This document shows positions 1-9,963 of a stretch of DNA of 64,000 nt, piece by piece; positions within the stretch are counted from its first letter, which is position 1, and the number at the start of each line of letters is the position of its first letter. Source of the DNA: Verrucomicrobiota bacterium (GTDB lineage: Bacteria; Verrucomicrobiota; Verrucomicrobiia; Palsa-1439). The position numbers and the translations under genes were made by a program. The DNA lies in assembly GCA_037146675.1 (NCBI GenBank), contig JBAWWR010000001.1, positions 260 through 64,259 of the forward strand. The letters are read 5' to 3'. Below the pieces are notes generated by a model. That model did not search any database, was not told where the DNA came from, and saw only the letters and a list, made by a program, of their open reading frames with translations.

Positions 1-1399
1 TAGTCAGGATTTCGCGGTCGACTGCCAGCAGCTGGTCGGCAGTCGCCTTCGTGAAAATATCGTGCAAGGTTTTACCCAGTATTTCCTCTTTTGGCCGCCG
101 GTGAAATTGGCTAGCCGCCGTGTTCACCAGCGTGCAGCGGTGGTCCAGATCGAAGGCGAAAACGCTCGACGGCGTGCTGTCGATGATGGAACTCAACAAA
201 TCCCGGCTCGCTTGTAATGCCTGTTCGTTTTCTCGCAGCGCCTCTGTGGTCTGCCGGCGCGCCAGCGCAATGGCCAGATTGTTGGCGATCTGTTCCAACT
301 GGGTAATCATCGCGGAAGTGAACCGGTCCGGCCGGTGGTCATTGAATTGCAACAGGCCGAACACCTCCGTCCCGAGGCGCAACGGAATCAGCGCCACCGA
401 TTGGTAGCCGGCGTGAATGCACTGGTTGCGGGGATTGATCCGCGCATCGTCCGCCGGCGCCAGCTCGAGCAGGCTGCGCGATGCATTGGTCCAGAAACTT
501 CCGTTGGCGGTGAAGCACGGCTGGCTGGGATTCGTCCGCCCGGTAATCACCAAGCCACACATGCACTCGAGCCCGGGGTTACCGGCGGCGTCGCACACGC
601 GCTGACCGGTGGCGTCATAGGCGCAGAGGAAGGTCTCCTTCTGCACAAACTCCTCCGGAAAACCACTGGTCGCATAATACGGATAGTCGCCATTGTTGCG
701 CAAGCGGATGCCGACCGCTTCGCAGCCCGCCCAGTTGTGCAAGGTCCCGGTCAAATCCTGCATGCACTGCCGGTAATCGCCCGGGCTGTTGAGCAACACC
801 AGCAGGTGCGCCGTCAACGCGAGCGACTCCTCCTGTAATTTGCGCGCGGTGATGTCGGTGAGCACAACGTGGCTCACGCTCACCCCGGCCGCGCCCGCCA
901 CCACGCTGGTCGTCAGCAGTCCCCAGAATAGCGCGCCATCAGATTTCACCAGCCGCAGCTCGCACACCTGCGTGGTGCCGATCTCAATGAGCTGTTTGCG
1001 GAACCGAAAAAAGAGGTCTTGATCATCGCGCAGAATGAAGTGCGCTAACGACCGGTTGATCAGCTTGCTCCGCTCCACACCCAGCAGCGTGCCGGCGGTG
1101 AGATTGGCTTCGAGGATGACGCCGGCTTCATTGATGGTGCAATACCCGACCGGCGCCAAGTCATACAGGTCGAAATAGCGCGCGCGAGTGACCTCCAGCT
1201 CCGCCTGCACCTTGCGCAGTTCTTCGTTCTGCATCTCCAGCTCGGTCTGGTGCACCCGCAGTTGATGAACGGTCGCCTCCAGCACTTTGGCCGTGACGGC
1301 CTGAGGAGGCGACGGCAACCGCGCTTCGCCTTCCCGGACGGAATCTTCAGCCCGGTTGCGCAACGCTTCCTTGGCATCGGCCTGTCGTTTATCACCCAC
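1..1399 (-). CDS. PAS-GAF-PAS sensory protein, partial (3' end lies beyond the window start); probable GTG start near 1397-1399
   Basis: Reverse-strand translation is open from about 1399 to position 1. It shows a coiled-coil, a PAS fold (YFDLYDLAPVGYCTINEAGVILEANL), a GAF-like block (CIHAGYQSVALIPLRLGTEVFGLLQFNDHRPDRF) and a second PAS (LLSSIIDSTPSSVFAFDLDHRCTLVNTAAS). The plus-strand ORFs 120..838 are low-complexity antisense artefacts. Confidence 0.55.
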   Translation of the reverse strand, partial: MGDKRQADAKEALRNRAEDSVREGEARLPSPPQAVTAKVLEATVHQLRVHQTELEMQNEELRKVQAELEVTRARYFDLYDLAPVGYCTINEAGVILEANLTAGTLLGVERSKLINRSLAHFILRDDQDLFFRFRKQLIEIGTTQVCELRLVKSDGALFWGLLTTSVVAGAAGVSVSHVVLTDITARKLQEESLALTAHLLVLLNSPGDYRQCMQDLTGTLHNWAGCEAVGIRLRNNGDYPYYATSGFPEEFVQKETFLCAYDATGQRVCDAAGNPGLECMCGLVITGRTNPSQPCFTANGSFWTNASRSLLELAPADDARINPRNQCIHAGYQSVALIPLRLGTEVFGLLQFNDHRPDRFTSAMITQLEQIANNLAIALARRQTTEALRENEQALQASRDLLSSIIDSTPSSVFAFDLDHRCTLVNTAASQFHRRPKEEILGKTLHDIFTKATADQLLAVDREILT

Positions 1400-1503
1400 A
1401 ACGTATAATCGTCACAAAACCGCCGATATGCAATCGGACGACCCCCTGAGATATCTATCGGTGAAAAACCTGAGGCGCAAAGGCGGTTGGGCGTGGGAAA
1501 GGA

Positions 1504-1581
1504 TGGGGTGACCGACGGGATTTGAACCCGCGACAGCCAGATCCACAATCTGGAGCTCTACCAGGCTGAGCTACGGCCACC
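1504..1581 (-). tRNA. tRNA-His (anticodon GTG)
   Basis: Reverse complement reads GGTGGCCGTAGCTCAGCCTGGTAGAGCTCCAGATTGTGGATCTGGCTGTCGCGGGTTCAAATCCCGTCGGTCACCCCA. It forms a cloverleaf with the extra 5' G(-1) typical of tRNA-His, anticodon loop TTGTGGA, and an encoded CCA. Confidence 0.85.
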
Positions 1582-1607
1582 ATCCAAAATCGAGCGCGAC
1601 TTTAGCA

Positions 1608-3332
1608 TTGCAAGCGGAGAGGGTCAAGCTATCGTACGGGCTACCCGTGAACCGCATCCATTTACTCTCTGAACACGTCGCCAACCAAATCGCGGCCGGC
1701 GAAGTGGTGGAGCGTCCCGCATCGGTCGTGAAAGAGCTGCTGGAAAACGCGCTCGACGCCGACTCCCAGCGGATTGTCGTCACCATCAAAGCCGGTGGCC
1801 GCTCGGCAATCGTGGTCGCCGACGACGGCTTTGGGATGAGCCGGGACGATGCGCTGCTCGCGCTCGAACGCCATGCCACCAGCAAAATCACGACCGCCGA
1901 GGATTTGGATAGCATCCGTTCGCTCGGGTTTCGCGGTGAAGCCGTGCCGAGTATTGCCGCCGTGTCGCGATTCACACTCACCAGCCGGGAACGCGGCGCA
2001 CTGGCCGGCACGCAAATCGAAATTGCCGGCGGAAAAATCATTTCCGTCAGCGATGTCGGCACCGCCGAAGGCACGACGGTCGAGGTGCGGAATCTGTTTT
2101 TTAACTTACCGGCGCGCCGCAAATTTCTCCGGTCGGAACAAACCGAGACCGCGCACATCGAACACATCGTCACGCTCTGCGCGCTGGCGCATCCGACGGT
2201 GGCGTTCCGGCTGGTCGTGGATGAGCGGACCCGCTTTGACCTCGCGCCGGCAACTGAACTGGCCGGGCGACTTCGGGAACTTTACGGCCCGCAACTCGTC
2301 GCGCAATTGCTACCGCTGGTCGGGGAGGGGATTCACGGATTTGTCGGCAAGCCCGGCATCAGTCGCGCCGACCGCACGCAGCAACATATTTTCGTCAACG
2401 GCCGCCCCGTCGAAAGCAAGGGCATCAACTACGCGTTGATGGAAGGCTATCATACCGGCCTGATGAAAGGCCGGTTCCCGGTCACGTTTCTGTTTATCGA
2501 GATTGATCCGGCCGCGGTGGATGTGAACATTCACCCGGCCAAGCGCGAAGTCCGGTTCCGCGATGAGTACGCGGTCCGGCAAGCGGTGGTTCGCGCCGTG
2601 CGCCACGCCCTCACACCGGTCGGACCGACATTTCAGCCGGTGACCAATGTCGGCTGGCCAACTGCCGGTCCAGGCGAACCGGCCAACTCAGTGAGCCGGC
2701 CTGACGAGCAGACATCTTTGCCGGTAACGACGGCGGAAGTGCAAACCGAAGAAGGCCGGTGGCGCGTCCTCGGCGTGATTGGTAAGCTTTACGTTTTGAT
2801 CGAGTCCCCGGAAGGGCTCGTGCTGATGGACCAACACGCGGCGCACGAGCGCGTGCTGTTTGAGCGGATGCTCAAGGAATTGACGACTGAATCTGCGCCG
2901 GCGCAAAAGCTGTTATTGCCGGTCACGCTGGAATTGGAGGCGCGCGATGCCGACTTTTTGCGCGGCAATCTCCAGACGCTGCACAAGCTCGGCCTCGGTG
3001 TCAGCGAGTTTGGCGAGCGGACATTTCTGATCGATGCGTTGCCGCCGTATTTCCAATTGGACAATCTCGCGCAGACGTTCCGCGACATCGTGGATGAACT
3101 CCGGCAGACCGGCGAGCAAGTCCACGCCCGCCGGCTGGGTGAAGATAAAATTGCGACGACGGTGTGCCGGCACGCGGTCAAGGCGCGCGATCCATTGCGC
3201 GGCGAAGAGTTGCGCGGTTTGTTGGAGCAGTTGCACCGGTGCGATTTGCCCTACACCTGTCCGCACGGGCGGCCGACGCTGATTCAAATCAGCTACGCCG
3301 AATTGGAAAAGAAGTTCGGTCGGAAAGTCTAA
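1608..3332 (+). CDS. mutL: DNA mismatch repair protein MutL
   Basis: 574 aa. N-terminal GHKL ATPase motifs (NQIAAGEVVERPASVVKELLENALDA, DDGFGMS) and a C-terminal dimerisation/endonuclease region. The start may be slightly downstream of 1608. Confidence 0.9.
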   Translation: MQAERVKLSYGLPVNRIHLLSEHVANQIAAGEVVERPASVVKELLENALDADSQRIVVTIKAGGRSAIVVADDGFGMSRDDALLALERHATSKITTAEDLDSIRSLGFRGEAVPSIAAVSRFTLTSRERGALAGTQIEIAGGKIISVSDVGTAEGTTVEVRNLFFNLPARRKFLRSEQTETAHIEHIVTLCALAHPTVAFRLVVDERTRFDLAPATELAGRLRELYGPQLVAQLLPLVGEGIHGFVGKPGISRADRTQQHIFVNGRPVESKGINYALMEGYHTGLMKGRFPVTFLFIEIDPAAVDVNIHPAKREVRFRDEYAVRQAVVRAVRHALTPVGPTFQPVTNVGWPTAGPGEPANSVSRPDEQTSLPVTTAEVQTEEGRWRVLGVIGKLYVLIESPEGLVLMDQHAAHERVLFERMLKELTTESAPAQKLLLPVTLELEARDADFLRGNLQTLHKLGLGVSEFGERTFLIDALPPYFQLDNLAQTFRDIVDELRQTGEQVHARRLGEDKIATTVCRHAVKARDPLRGEELRGLLEQLHRCDLPYTCPHGRPTLIQISYAELEKKFGRKV

Positions 3333-4265
3333 CTACTCCAGGCGGCGGGCCACGCCAATGTCGGCGGAGATTTGTTCCTGGAGGGCGGCGGCGGACGCGA
3401 ACTTTTGTTCGCCTCTAAGTTTCCGGTGAAACACAATTTCGATTTCCTGACCGTAGATGTCGCGGCTGAAGTCGAGGATGTGGACTTCGAGAACCCGCTG
3501 ATGGCTGCGGCCGGCAAACGTGGGACGCCGACCGAGATTGATGACGCCGGTAAAGGTTTGGCCGGCGACAATCACGCGGGTGGCATACACGCCATCGGGC
3601 GGGAAGGCTTCGTGGTGCGAATCGAGGTTGGCAGTCGGAAAGCCGAGCGTGTGACCAACGCCGTCGCCTTTGACCACGGTGCCGAGGATTGAAAACTGAC
3701 GTCCGAGCATCACGGCGGCCCGGTCGAGGTTGCCGGCAAGGATGTGTTGACGGACGGCGGTGGAGCTGATCATTTCGCCATCGGGCGTAAGGACGGGCGT
3801 GATTTCGGTGACGGTGAAGCCGTGCCGGGGCGCGAGTTGTTCGAGCAAGGCGGGGTTGCCGGCACGGTTGTAACCGAAGTGGAACCGGGTGCCGACGCAG
3901 ACATGCCGGCAGAAGGCGATTTGCTCAATGAAGTTTTCTGCAGTCGTGGCGGCGAAGGCATTGTCGAAGTTAATGAGGATGCAGGCGTCAACGCCGAGCT
4001 GCCGGATGAGCGCGAGTTTGTGGGCGGTGGAAGTGAGCAAGACCGGCGCTTGATCTGGACGCAAAATACGGATGGGGTGGGGGTCGAATGTCAGCGCGAC
4101 CGATAGGCCGGCGGCTTGTTGGGCGGCAGTGCGTGCCTGCCCGATGACGCGCTGGTGGCCGAGGTGGACGCCGTCAAAGACGCCAATGGCGAGATAGACC
4201 GGGCGATTTTCGGCGGCAAGTTCAGCGAGTGTGCGGAAGACTTTCATCGCACGATAGTCGGTCAC
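3333..4265 (-). CDS. ribF: bifunctional riboflavin kinase / FMN adenylyltransferase
   Basis: 310 aa. N-terminal FAD synthetase motif (YLAIGVFDGVHLGHQ) and a C-terminal riboflavin kinase domain. Stop is TAG. 4-nt overlap with truB. Confidence 0.9.
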   Translation of the reverse strand: MTDYRAMKVFRTLAELAAENRPVYLAIGVFDGVHLGHQRVIGQARTAAQQAAGLSVALTFDPHPIRILRPDQAPVLLTSTAHKLALIRQLGVDACILINFDNAFAATTAENFIEQIAFCRHVCVGTRFHFGYNRAGNPALLEQLAPRHGFTVTEITPVLTPDGEMISSTAVRQHILAGNLDRAAVMLGRQFSILGTVVKGDGVGHTLGFPTANLDSHHEAFPPDGVYATRVIVAGQTFTGVINLGRRPTFAGRSHQRVLEVHILDFSRDIYGQEIEIVFHRKLRGEQKFASAAALQEQISADIGVARRLE

Positions 4266-4981
4266 TCCGCTTTGAGGAGCTTAAGGACCGGAATGATGTG
4301 CGGCACGAGTTCGTCGCGTTTTAACTTGAGCAAGTCTTCAAGCTTGTGGGCATTTTGAACGTCGAGCTTGCCGGAGCGGGTGCGGCGCAAGGCGGCCAGG
4401 TGCGCGCCGCAGCCAATTTGTTCCCCAATGTCGTAGCAGAGTGTGCGGACATAGGTGCCTTTGGTGCAGGTGACGCGAAAGTCAATGCACGGCAGGTCGA
4501 TTTTCAAGATTCGGAAATCATAGATGTGAACGAGGCGCGGCTCACGTTCGATGGTCTGGCCTTTGCGGGCAAGTTTGTAAAGCGTCTGACCGCCGATTTT
4601 CTTGGCGCTGACCATCGGCGGAATTTGTTGGATATCGCCGCGAAATTTGGCGATGACGGCTTCGATATCAGCATCAGTTAGCGGTGGGACCGGCTTCTCG
4701 GCGAGCACTTTGCCATCAGCGTCTTGCGAATCGGTCGCAATCCCGAGCCGCATTGTGCCTTCGTAAGATTTGTCATCGGACATTAACCGGTCTTGCAACT
4801 TGGTGGCGCGTTCGAGGACGATGACGAGCAGGCCGGTCGCCGCCGGGTCAAGCGTGCCACAGTGGCCGACTTTCCGGAAACCAAAATGCCGGCGGATGTA
4901 GTCCACCACGTCGTGCGAAGTGAGACGCGTCGGTTTGTCCACGAGCAGAACGCCGTCAAAAGGTGTGAGTTGGGGCAGCAT
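4262..4981 (-). CDS. truB: tRNA pseudouridine(55) synthase TruB
   Basis: 239 aa. GVLLVDKPTRLTSHDVV and HCGTLDPAATGLL catalytic-Asp motif. Confidence 0.9.
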   Translation of the reverse strand: MLPQLTPFDGVLLVDKPTRLTSHDVVDYIRRHFGFRKVGHCGTLDPAATGLLVIVLERATKLQDRLMSDDKSYEGTMRLGIATDSQDADGKVLAEKPVPPLTDADIEAVIAKFRGDIQQIPPMVSAKKIGGQTLYKLARKGQTIEREPRLVHIYDFRILKIDLPCIDFRVTCTKGTYVRTLCYDIGEQIGCGAHLAALRRTRSGKLDVQNAHKLEDLLKLKRDELVPHIIPVLKLLKAE

Positions 4982-4982
4982 G

Positions 4983-5966
4983 TTAGATTCCGGCGGTTGC
5001 GAGCGCGGCAGTAACGGCGGCTAAAACTTTGGTTTCGATTTCTTTTGGCAGACCGGTCAAGCGCGCACCGGCGGCTTCACGGTGGCCGCCGCCGCCGAAA
5101 TGCCGAGCAATACTGTTAACGTCCACTTTCGGGTTTTTGGAGCGGAAGCTGACGCGGAACTTGCCGACTTCTTCGAGTTCCTCGAATAGCAGCGCGACGA
5201 CAACCCCTTCAATGGCGCGGGCGAAATCAATCAAACCTTCGGTATCCTCGCGTTTGGCGCCAGAGTTGGTGAACATGTCGTTCGTGAGCCAGAAATAAGC
5301 GGTGTGCTTGTGATCGGTCAGCTTCAAATCAGCCAGCGCCATTTGGAGCATCCGGAGGCGGGCGTAGGGATAGCTCTCGTAAACGTGCCGGGAAAGCTCG
5401 CCGACGTTGATGCCGGTTTCGACCAGCTCAGCGGCCGCGCGGAGGCAGCTGGCCGTGGTGTTACCAAACATGAAGGACCCGGTATCTGTCGAAATCGCGG
5501 CGAACAAACACTGGGCAATTTCGGGCGTGAGCGTGAAACCGCCGCGCTTGATGAGATCGAAGACGATTTGGCCAGAGGCCGGCGCTGCGGGCACAATCCA
5601 ATTGAGTTGTGCAAATTTCTCATTACTGACGTGGTGGTCGATGTTGATGAAATGCTTCTTGCCAGCGATCTTGTCAGCGGCAGTGCCGACCCGTTGCCAG
5701 GTGGAGGTGTCGAGGGTAATCACGACATCAAAGGCTTTCGGCGTTGCCGGCGGCCGCGTAATGAGATTGGCACCGGGCAGGAACTTGAACTTGGCCGGTA
5801 CCTCATCATCATTCCAAGCTTCGACGGTCTTGCCGAGGCCTTGCAGAACCATTGTCAACGCAAGTTGTGAACCGATAGCGTCACCGTCGGGCCGGTAATG
5901 GTTGAGAATCAGGAACGACTGTTCCCGGCGCATGATGTCGGTGATTTCGTGGCAGAGATCAGTCAT
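4983..5966 (-). CDS. nrnA: DHH-family phosphoesterase (NrnA-like bifunctional oligoribonuclease / pAp phosphatase)
   Basis: 327 aa. DHH motifs (NHYRPDGDAIGS, DHH in NIDHHVSN) and a DHHA1-type C-terminus with GGGH. ATGA overlap with rbfA. Confidence 0.8.
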   Translation of the reverse strand: MTDLCHEITDIMRREQSFLILNHYRPDGDAIGSQLALTMVLQGLGKTVEAWNDDEVPAKFKFLPGANLITRPPATPKAFDVVITLDTSTWQRVGTAADKIAGKKHFINIDHHVSNEKFAQLNWIVPAAPASGQIVFDLIKRGGFTLTPEIAQCLFAAISTDTGSFMFGNTTASCLRAAAELVETGINVGELSRHVYESYPYARLRMLQMALADLKLTDHKHTAYFWLTNDMFTNSGAKREDTEGLIDFARAIEGVVVALLFEELEEVGKFRVSFRSKNPKVDVNSIARHFGGGGHREAAGARLTGLPKEIETKVLAAVTAALATAGI

Positions 5967-6313
5967 GGGGATTCTGACGGCTTGAGTTTGGCGAGCAGCA
6001 TTTCGATGCGCTGGGCGTGGGACTCGGTTTCATCAAGGATAAATTTCAGGCGGGGCGTATATTTCAAAACGATACGTTTAGCCAGTTCGTGCTGAATGTG
6101 GCCGTGCCGCTGTTCCAGTATCGCAATGGCGCGTTTTTTTTGCTCGGCAGTGCCGATAACGCTCACATAGATGCGGCCATCCTTTAAATCGGGAGCGACC
6201 GATGCGGAGGTGACGGTGACAAAACCACAGTCAGTCAAGTTCAACTCCTGCAATACCTCACCAATTTGCTGTTTGACCAACTCCGAGACGCGGACGATAC
6301 GATGATTACTCAT
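5963..6313 (-). CDS. rbfA: ribosome-binding factor A
   Basis: The true start is the internal ATG giving MSNHRIVRVSELVKQQIGEVL (117 aa). The longer listed ORF would overlap infB. A 13-nt gap separates it from the infB stop. Confidence 0.85.
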   Translation of the reverse strand: MSNHRIVRVSELVKQQIGEVLQELNLTDCGFVTVTSASVAPDLKDGRIYVSVIGTAEQKKRAIAILEQRHGHIQHELAKRIVLKYTPRLKFILDETESHAQRIEMLLAKLKPSESP

Positions 6314-6326
6314 TGCGTTCGGGCAC

Positions 6327-8624
6327 CTACAACGACGCGGCGACCTTCTCGATCGTGTAACATTCGATGATGTCACCGGCTTGGTAGTCTTGGAAATTCT
6401 CCAACCGCAACCCGCATTCCGAGCCGGCCTTGACTTCCTTCGCGTCGTCTTGGAAGTGCTTGAGGCTGCCAATGCGGCCTTCATATTGCGCGGCGCGACG
6501 ACGGAGCAAGCGCACGCGACCGGTCCGAGTAATGCGACCGTCGGTCACGTAGCAACCGGCAACCTTCGGCCCGGCTGAAAGCTCGAACACTTTGCGAATC
6601 TCGGCATGGCCGACAATCATTTCCTTGGCGTCCGGTTCTAGGAGGCCGGTCAGCGCCTCTTCGACTTGTTCGAGTAATTCGTAAATGATTGTGTACAGCT
6701 TGATCTGGACGCCTTCGTGGGTGGCCATATCAGTGACGCCACTTTCGGCCTTAACGCGAAAACCAAACAAGACGGCATGTGAGGCAGTTGCCAGTAGGAC
6801 GTCGTTTTCAGTAATATTGCCAACGGCGGCGTGGATGAGCTCCATCTCGATCTTGTCGCTCTTGACCTTACTGAGCGAATCCGCAATGGCTTCGAGCGAG
6901 CCTTGCACGTCGGCTTTCAGAACGATATTAAGCTTCTTCTTCTCGCCGCCATCGATCTGGCTCATCAAGTCCTCGAGTGTCGCGCGCTTGGTTACGCCGT
7001 TCACTTGGACTCGGGCTTCGAGCTTGCGTTGCTCGGAGAGTTCGCGCGCTTCCTTCTCGTTCTTCATCACCGTAAATTCGGCACCGGCCTCCGGTAGTCC
7101 CGACAGGCCGACAATCTTGACCGGAATCGATGGACCAGCCTCTTTCACGCGATTGCCGCGGTCGTCAATCAACGCGCGCACCTTACCGCCGTGCGGGCCA
7201 ATGATGAGCGCATCACCAACCTTGAGAATTCCTTGACGGACCAACACTGTGGCGGTCGGTCCCATACCGGGTTCAACTTGCGCCTCGATGACATTGCCCT
7301 TGGCGATTGCCTTCGAGCTGGCTTTGAGTTCCAAAACATCCGCCTGCAACAGAATCATCTCCAGCAGTAGATCGAGATTTTTCTTCGTCTTGGCCGAGAC
7401 ATCAACGGTAATTGTGTCGCCGCCCCACGACTCGGGGTTTAAACCATATTCCTGCAATTGCTTTTTAACCCGGTCCGGATTAGCCGTCGGCAGATCGCAT
7501 TTATTAACGGCGACAATAATCGGCACCTTGGCCGCTTTGGCGTGGTTAAGAGCCTCCAAAGTCTGCGGCATCACGCCGTCATCAGCACCAACTACCAGTA
7601 CGACAATGTCGGTTACATTGGCACCACGGGAACGCATCTTCGTAAATGCCGCGTGACCCGGTGTGTCGAGGAAGGAAATCTGTTTGCCGTCCGGCAGGCG
7701 GACAATGCTCGCGCCGATATGCTGTGTAATACCGCCGCTTTCGTGCGCCGCCACATCAGTCTTACGAATCGCATCAAGCAACGACGTCTTGCCATGATCG
7801 ACATGCCCCATAACCGTGACAACTGGCGGACGGGGTTGTAAATCTTCTGATTTGACGCCCGGTGCCGGTGTCTCAGCTGGTTTCGGCGTGTGAATGGCGT
7901 ACGCACCGCGTTCGCGTTTTTCCAACTCAAAAACATATCCGCTGCGTTCGCAAATTTTGCGCGCGGCATCTTCGCCAATGGTTTCGTTGAGGTTGGCGAA
8001 AACGTTCAACTCCATCAACTCCCCTAAGAGCAAATGCGGCTTCTTGCTCAGCCGTTGCGCCAAGTCGCGCACGACAATCGGCGGCTTCATCGTGATAACT
8101 TTTTGCCCGGCGTCGTTGATGGTAAATAATGGGCCAATTGGCACAGCAGCTGGCACGACAGGTGGCCGTGGAGCCGGTGGCTTAGGTGCGGGCGGTTTTG
8201 GCGCTATTACCGGTGCTATTACCACTGGTTTAGGTGCTACCGGCGCTTGAATAACGGGTTTCGCCAACGGCCGCGACCAAGACGGTGCAGTTGCCGGCGC
8301 AGGAACAATCGGTTTTGGTAATGGCCGTGGTCCAGCAACTGGCGGTGGTACCGGTGGCAACGGCTTGGCGACAACCGGCTCAATTTTTACAACAACCGGC
8401 GGCAAAGGTGGTGGAGTAGGTGGTACAATCGGCAGCGGTTCCGGGGCTGGAGGCTCCGGGGACGGCAGGACGTAACCGTATTCTTTTTCGATGGACTCCG
8501 CAGTGATATTGTCCACTGTGCTGGAGACGCTCTTGACCGGATAGTTCATGGTCTTGAGCTTTGCCATCATCTCCTTGCTGGAGAGACCGCAATGCTTGGC
8601 TAAGTCGTGAACGCGAATACTCAT
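6327..8624 (-). CDS. infB: translation initiation factor IF-2
   Basis: 765 aa. Includes the GTPase G-domain (VTVMGHVDHGKTSLLD, DTPGH, NKCD) and the C-terminal fMet-tRNA-binding domain. Stop is TAG. ATGA overlap with nusA. Confidence 0.95.
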   Translation of the reverse strand: MSIRVHDLAKHCGLSSKEMMAKLKTMNYPVKSVSSTVDNITAESIEKEYGYVLPSPEPPAPEPLPIVPPTPPPLPPVVVKIEPVVAKPLPPVPPPVAGPRPLPKPIVPAPATAPSWSRPLAKPVIQAPVAPKPVVIAPVIAPKPPAPKPPAPRPPVVPAAVPIGPLFTINDAGQKVITMKPPIVVRDLAQRLSKKPHLLLGELMELNVFANLNETIGEDAARKICERSGYVFELEKRERGAYAIHTPKPAETPAPGVKSEDLQPRPPVVTVMGHVDHGKTSLLDAIRKTDVAAHESGGITQHIGASIVRLPDGKQISFLDTPGHAAFTKMRSRGANVTDIVVLVVGADDGVMPQTLEALNHAKAAKVPIIVAVNKCDLPTANPDRVKKQLQEYGLNPESWGGDTITVDVSAKTKKNLDLLLEMILLQADVLELKASSKAIAKGNVIEAQVEPGMGPTATVLVRQGILKVGDALIIGPHGGKVRALIDDRGNRVKEAGPSIPVKIVGLSGLPEAGAEFTVMKNEKEARELSEQRKLEARVQVNGVTKRATLEDLMSQIDGGEKKKLNIVLKADVQGSLEAIADSLSKVKSDKIEMELIHAAVGNITENDVLLATASHAVLFGFRVKAESGVTDMATHEGVQIKLYTIIYELLEQVEEALTGLLEPDAKEMIVGHAEIRKVFELSAGPKVAGCYVTDGRITRTGRVRLLRRRAAQYEGRIGSLKHFQDDAKEVKAGSECGLRLENFQDYQAGDIIECYTIEKVAASL
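8087..8492 (-). repeat. Pro/Ala/Val-rich low-complexity linker inside the infB N-terminal region
   Basis: Encoded segment PSPEPPAPEPLPIVPPTPPPLPPVVVKIEPVVAKPLPPVPPPVAGPRPLPKPIVPAPATAPS...APKPPAPKPPAPRPPVVPAAVP. Approximate coordinates. Confidence 0.5.
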
Positions 8625-9898
8625 GTTGTGGCTGGTGCACTCCCGGCGGCAGTTTCCCGCCGTTCTTGTTCGGCGACCACCGATTGAAATACGGCAGTGG
8701 CTTTATCTTCACCGACAATATTGCTCAAATCAGCAACGTCAGCCGCTAGTAAACCTTCGAGAGAATGGAAGCCCGATTTCACCAACATCTGCGCAACTTC
8801 GGCTTCGATGCCGGGAATAGCGCACAATTCTTTCACGGCGCGGGCGACCTTGGCATCAAAACCGAGTTCAGCCGTCTCTTCTTTTTCAATGTCCACGTGC
8901 CAGCCGGTCAGCTTCGCAGTCAGTCGCGCGTTTTGGCCTTTTTTACCAATAGCCAACGATAGCTGGTCATTATCAACAATAATGCGAACAGAATGACGGT
9001 CTTCGTCAATAATAAGATTCTTTAATTTCGCCGGCGCCAAAGCGTTGGCGACGTATTGCCGGACGTTCGGATCCCAGCGAATGATGTCAACCTTCTCGCC
9101 GCTCAGTTCGCGAACGATATTTTTGACACGCATGCCCTTCATGCCGACGCAAGCGCCAACCGGATCGACTTTTTCGTTACGCGACCAAACGGCAATTTTA
9201 CTGCGGAACCCAGCTTCGCGAGCGATAGCCTTGATTTCGACTGTCTTATCGGCAATTTCGCTCACTTCAAGCTCAAACAGTTTCTTGATAAAATCTGGAT
9301 GACTGCGCGACAACACGATGTCGGGACCGTGTCCGCCGCTGTCCACGCTGAGAACGTAGGCGCGGATGCGGTCGCCGGGTTGATATTCTTCGGTTGGAAC
9401 GCGTTCACGACTCGGCATGACCGCTTCGATGCGACCCAAATCAACAATCACATCGCTGCGTTCAAAACGGCGCACAGTGCCGGCCAGAATATCGCCGGTG
9501 CGGCCTTTGAACTCATCAAAAACCATGCCCTTTTCAACCTGCCTGATTTTTTGGAGCATTGCCTGTTTGGCCGTTTGTGCGGCAACGCGACCAAAGTTAG
9601 CCGGCGTGACTTCAACATCGACCGTCTCGCCAAGTTGAGCAGTGGGTTTGCGTTTGCGGGCCTCGGAGAGCGAAATCTCGTCGTGCTTGCTAACGACGTT
9701 TTCGACAATCACCAATGTAGCCAGTGCACGGATTGCCCCAGTTTTGCGGTCAATCTCAATGCGGAGCTCGCGGGCCGGGCCGACAGATTTCTTGGAAGCC
9801 TGCAACAAAGCCTGTTCGACGGCTTGAATCAAGATTTCCTTGTCAATACCCTTCTCGCGCTGCAAATATTCTAAGACTGCAATCAGTTCGCCGTTCAT
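8621..9898 (-). CDS. nusA: transcription termination/antitermination factor NusA
   Basis: 425 aa. N-terminal RNAP-binding domain, S1 and KH domains, and a C-terminal acidic region. Confidence 0.95.
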   Translation of the reverse strand: MNGELIAVLEYLQREKGIDKEILIQAVEQALLQASKKSVGPARELRIEIDRKTGAIRALATLVIVENVVSKHDEISLSEARKRKPTAQLGETVDVEVTPANFGRVAAQTAKQAMLQKIRQVEKGMVFDEFKGRTGDILAGTVRRFERSDVIVDLGRIEAVMPSRERVPTEEYQPGDRIRAYVLSVDSGGHGPDIVLSRSHPDFIKKLFELEVSEIADKTVEIKAIAREAGFRSKIAVWSRNEKVDPVGACVGMKGMRVKNIVRELSGEKVDIIRWDPNVRQYVANALAPAKLKNLIIDEDRHSVRIIVDNDQLSLAIGKKGQNARLTAKLTGWHVDIEKEETAELGFDAKVARAVKELCAIPGIEAEVAQMLVKSGFHSLEGLLAADVADLSNIVGEDKATAVFQSVVAEQERRETAAGSAPATT

Positions 9899-9930
9899 GC
9901 GTTACGTTTCCTGTGGCGCTCGGATTGTTC

Positions 9931-9963
9931 GAGAGAACAAAAAAGTGGGTTTTTGACCCACTT
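9931..9963 (-). terminator. Terminator-like hairpin plus T-tract in the nusA 5' leader (minus-strand orientation), a possible attenuator
   Basis: Plus strand reads aagtgggt-ttttg-acccactt: a perfect 8-bp stem with a 5-nt loop. On the minus strand the stem is followed by TTTTGTTCTCTC. It lies about 33 nt upstream of the nusA ATG. Confidence 0.4.

Noticed and set aside
120-1548. Plus-strand ORFs 120..407, 335..838 and 789..1022, and minus ORF 1060..1548 (in a different frame from the real gene).
   Set aside because: All have low-complexity, Arg/Ala/Cys-rich translations. They are antisense or off-frame shadows of the PAS/GAF sensor gene on the minus strand, as is typical in high-GC DNA.
9056-9874. 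272-aa plus-strand ORF antisense to nusA. Similar long antisense ORFs occur at 30104..30691 (in sppA), 49090..50214 (in pgi), 55590..56334 (in the corrinoid gene), 42377..43521 (in DUF1638/RACo) and 63179..63937 (in SASA).
   Set aside because: Each overlaps a strongly supported gene on the opposite strand and lacks any recognisable motif. These are high-GC antisense open frames.
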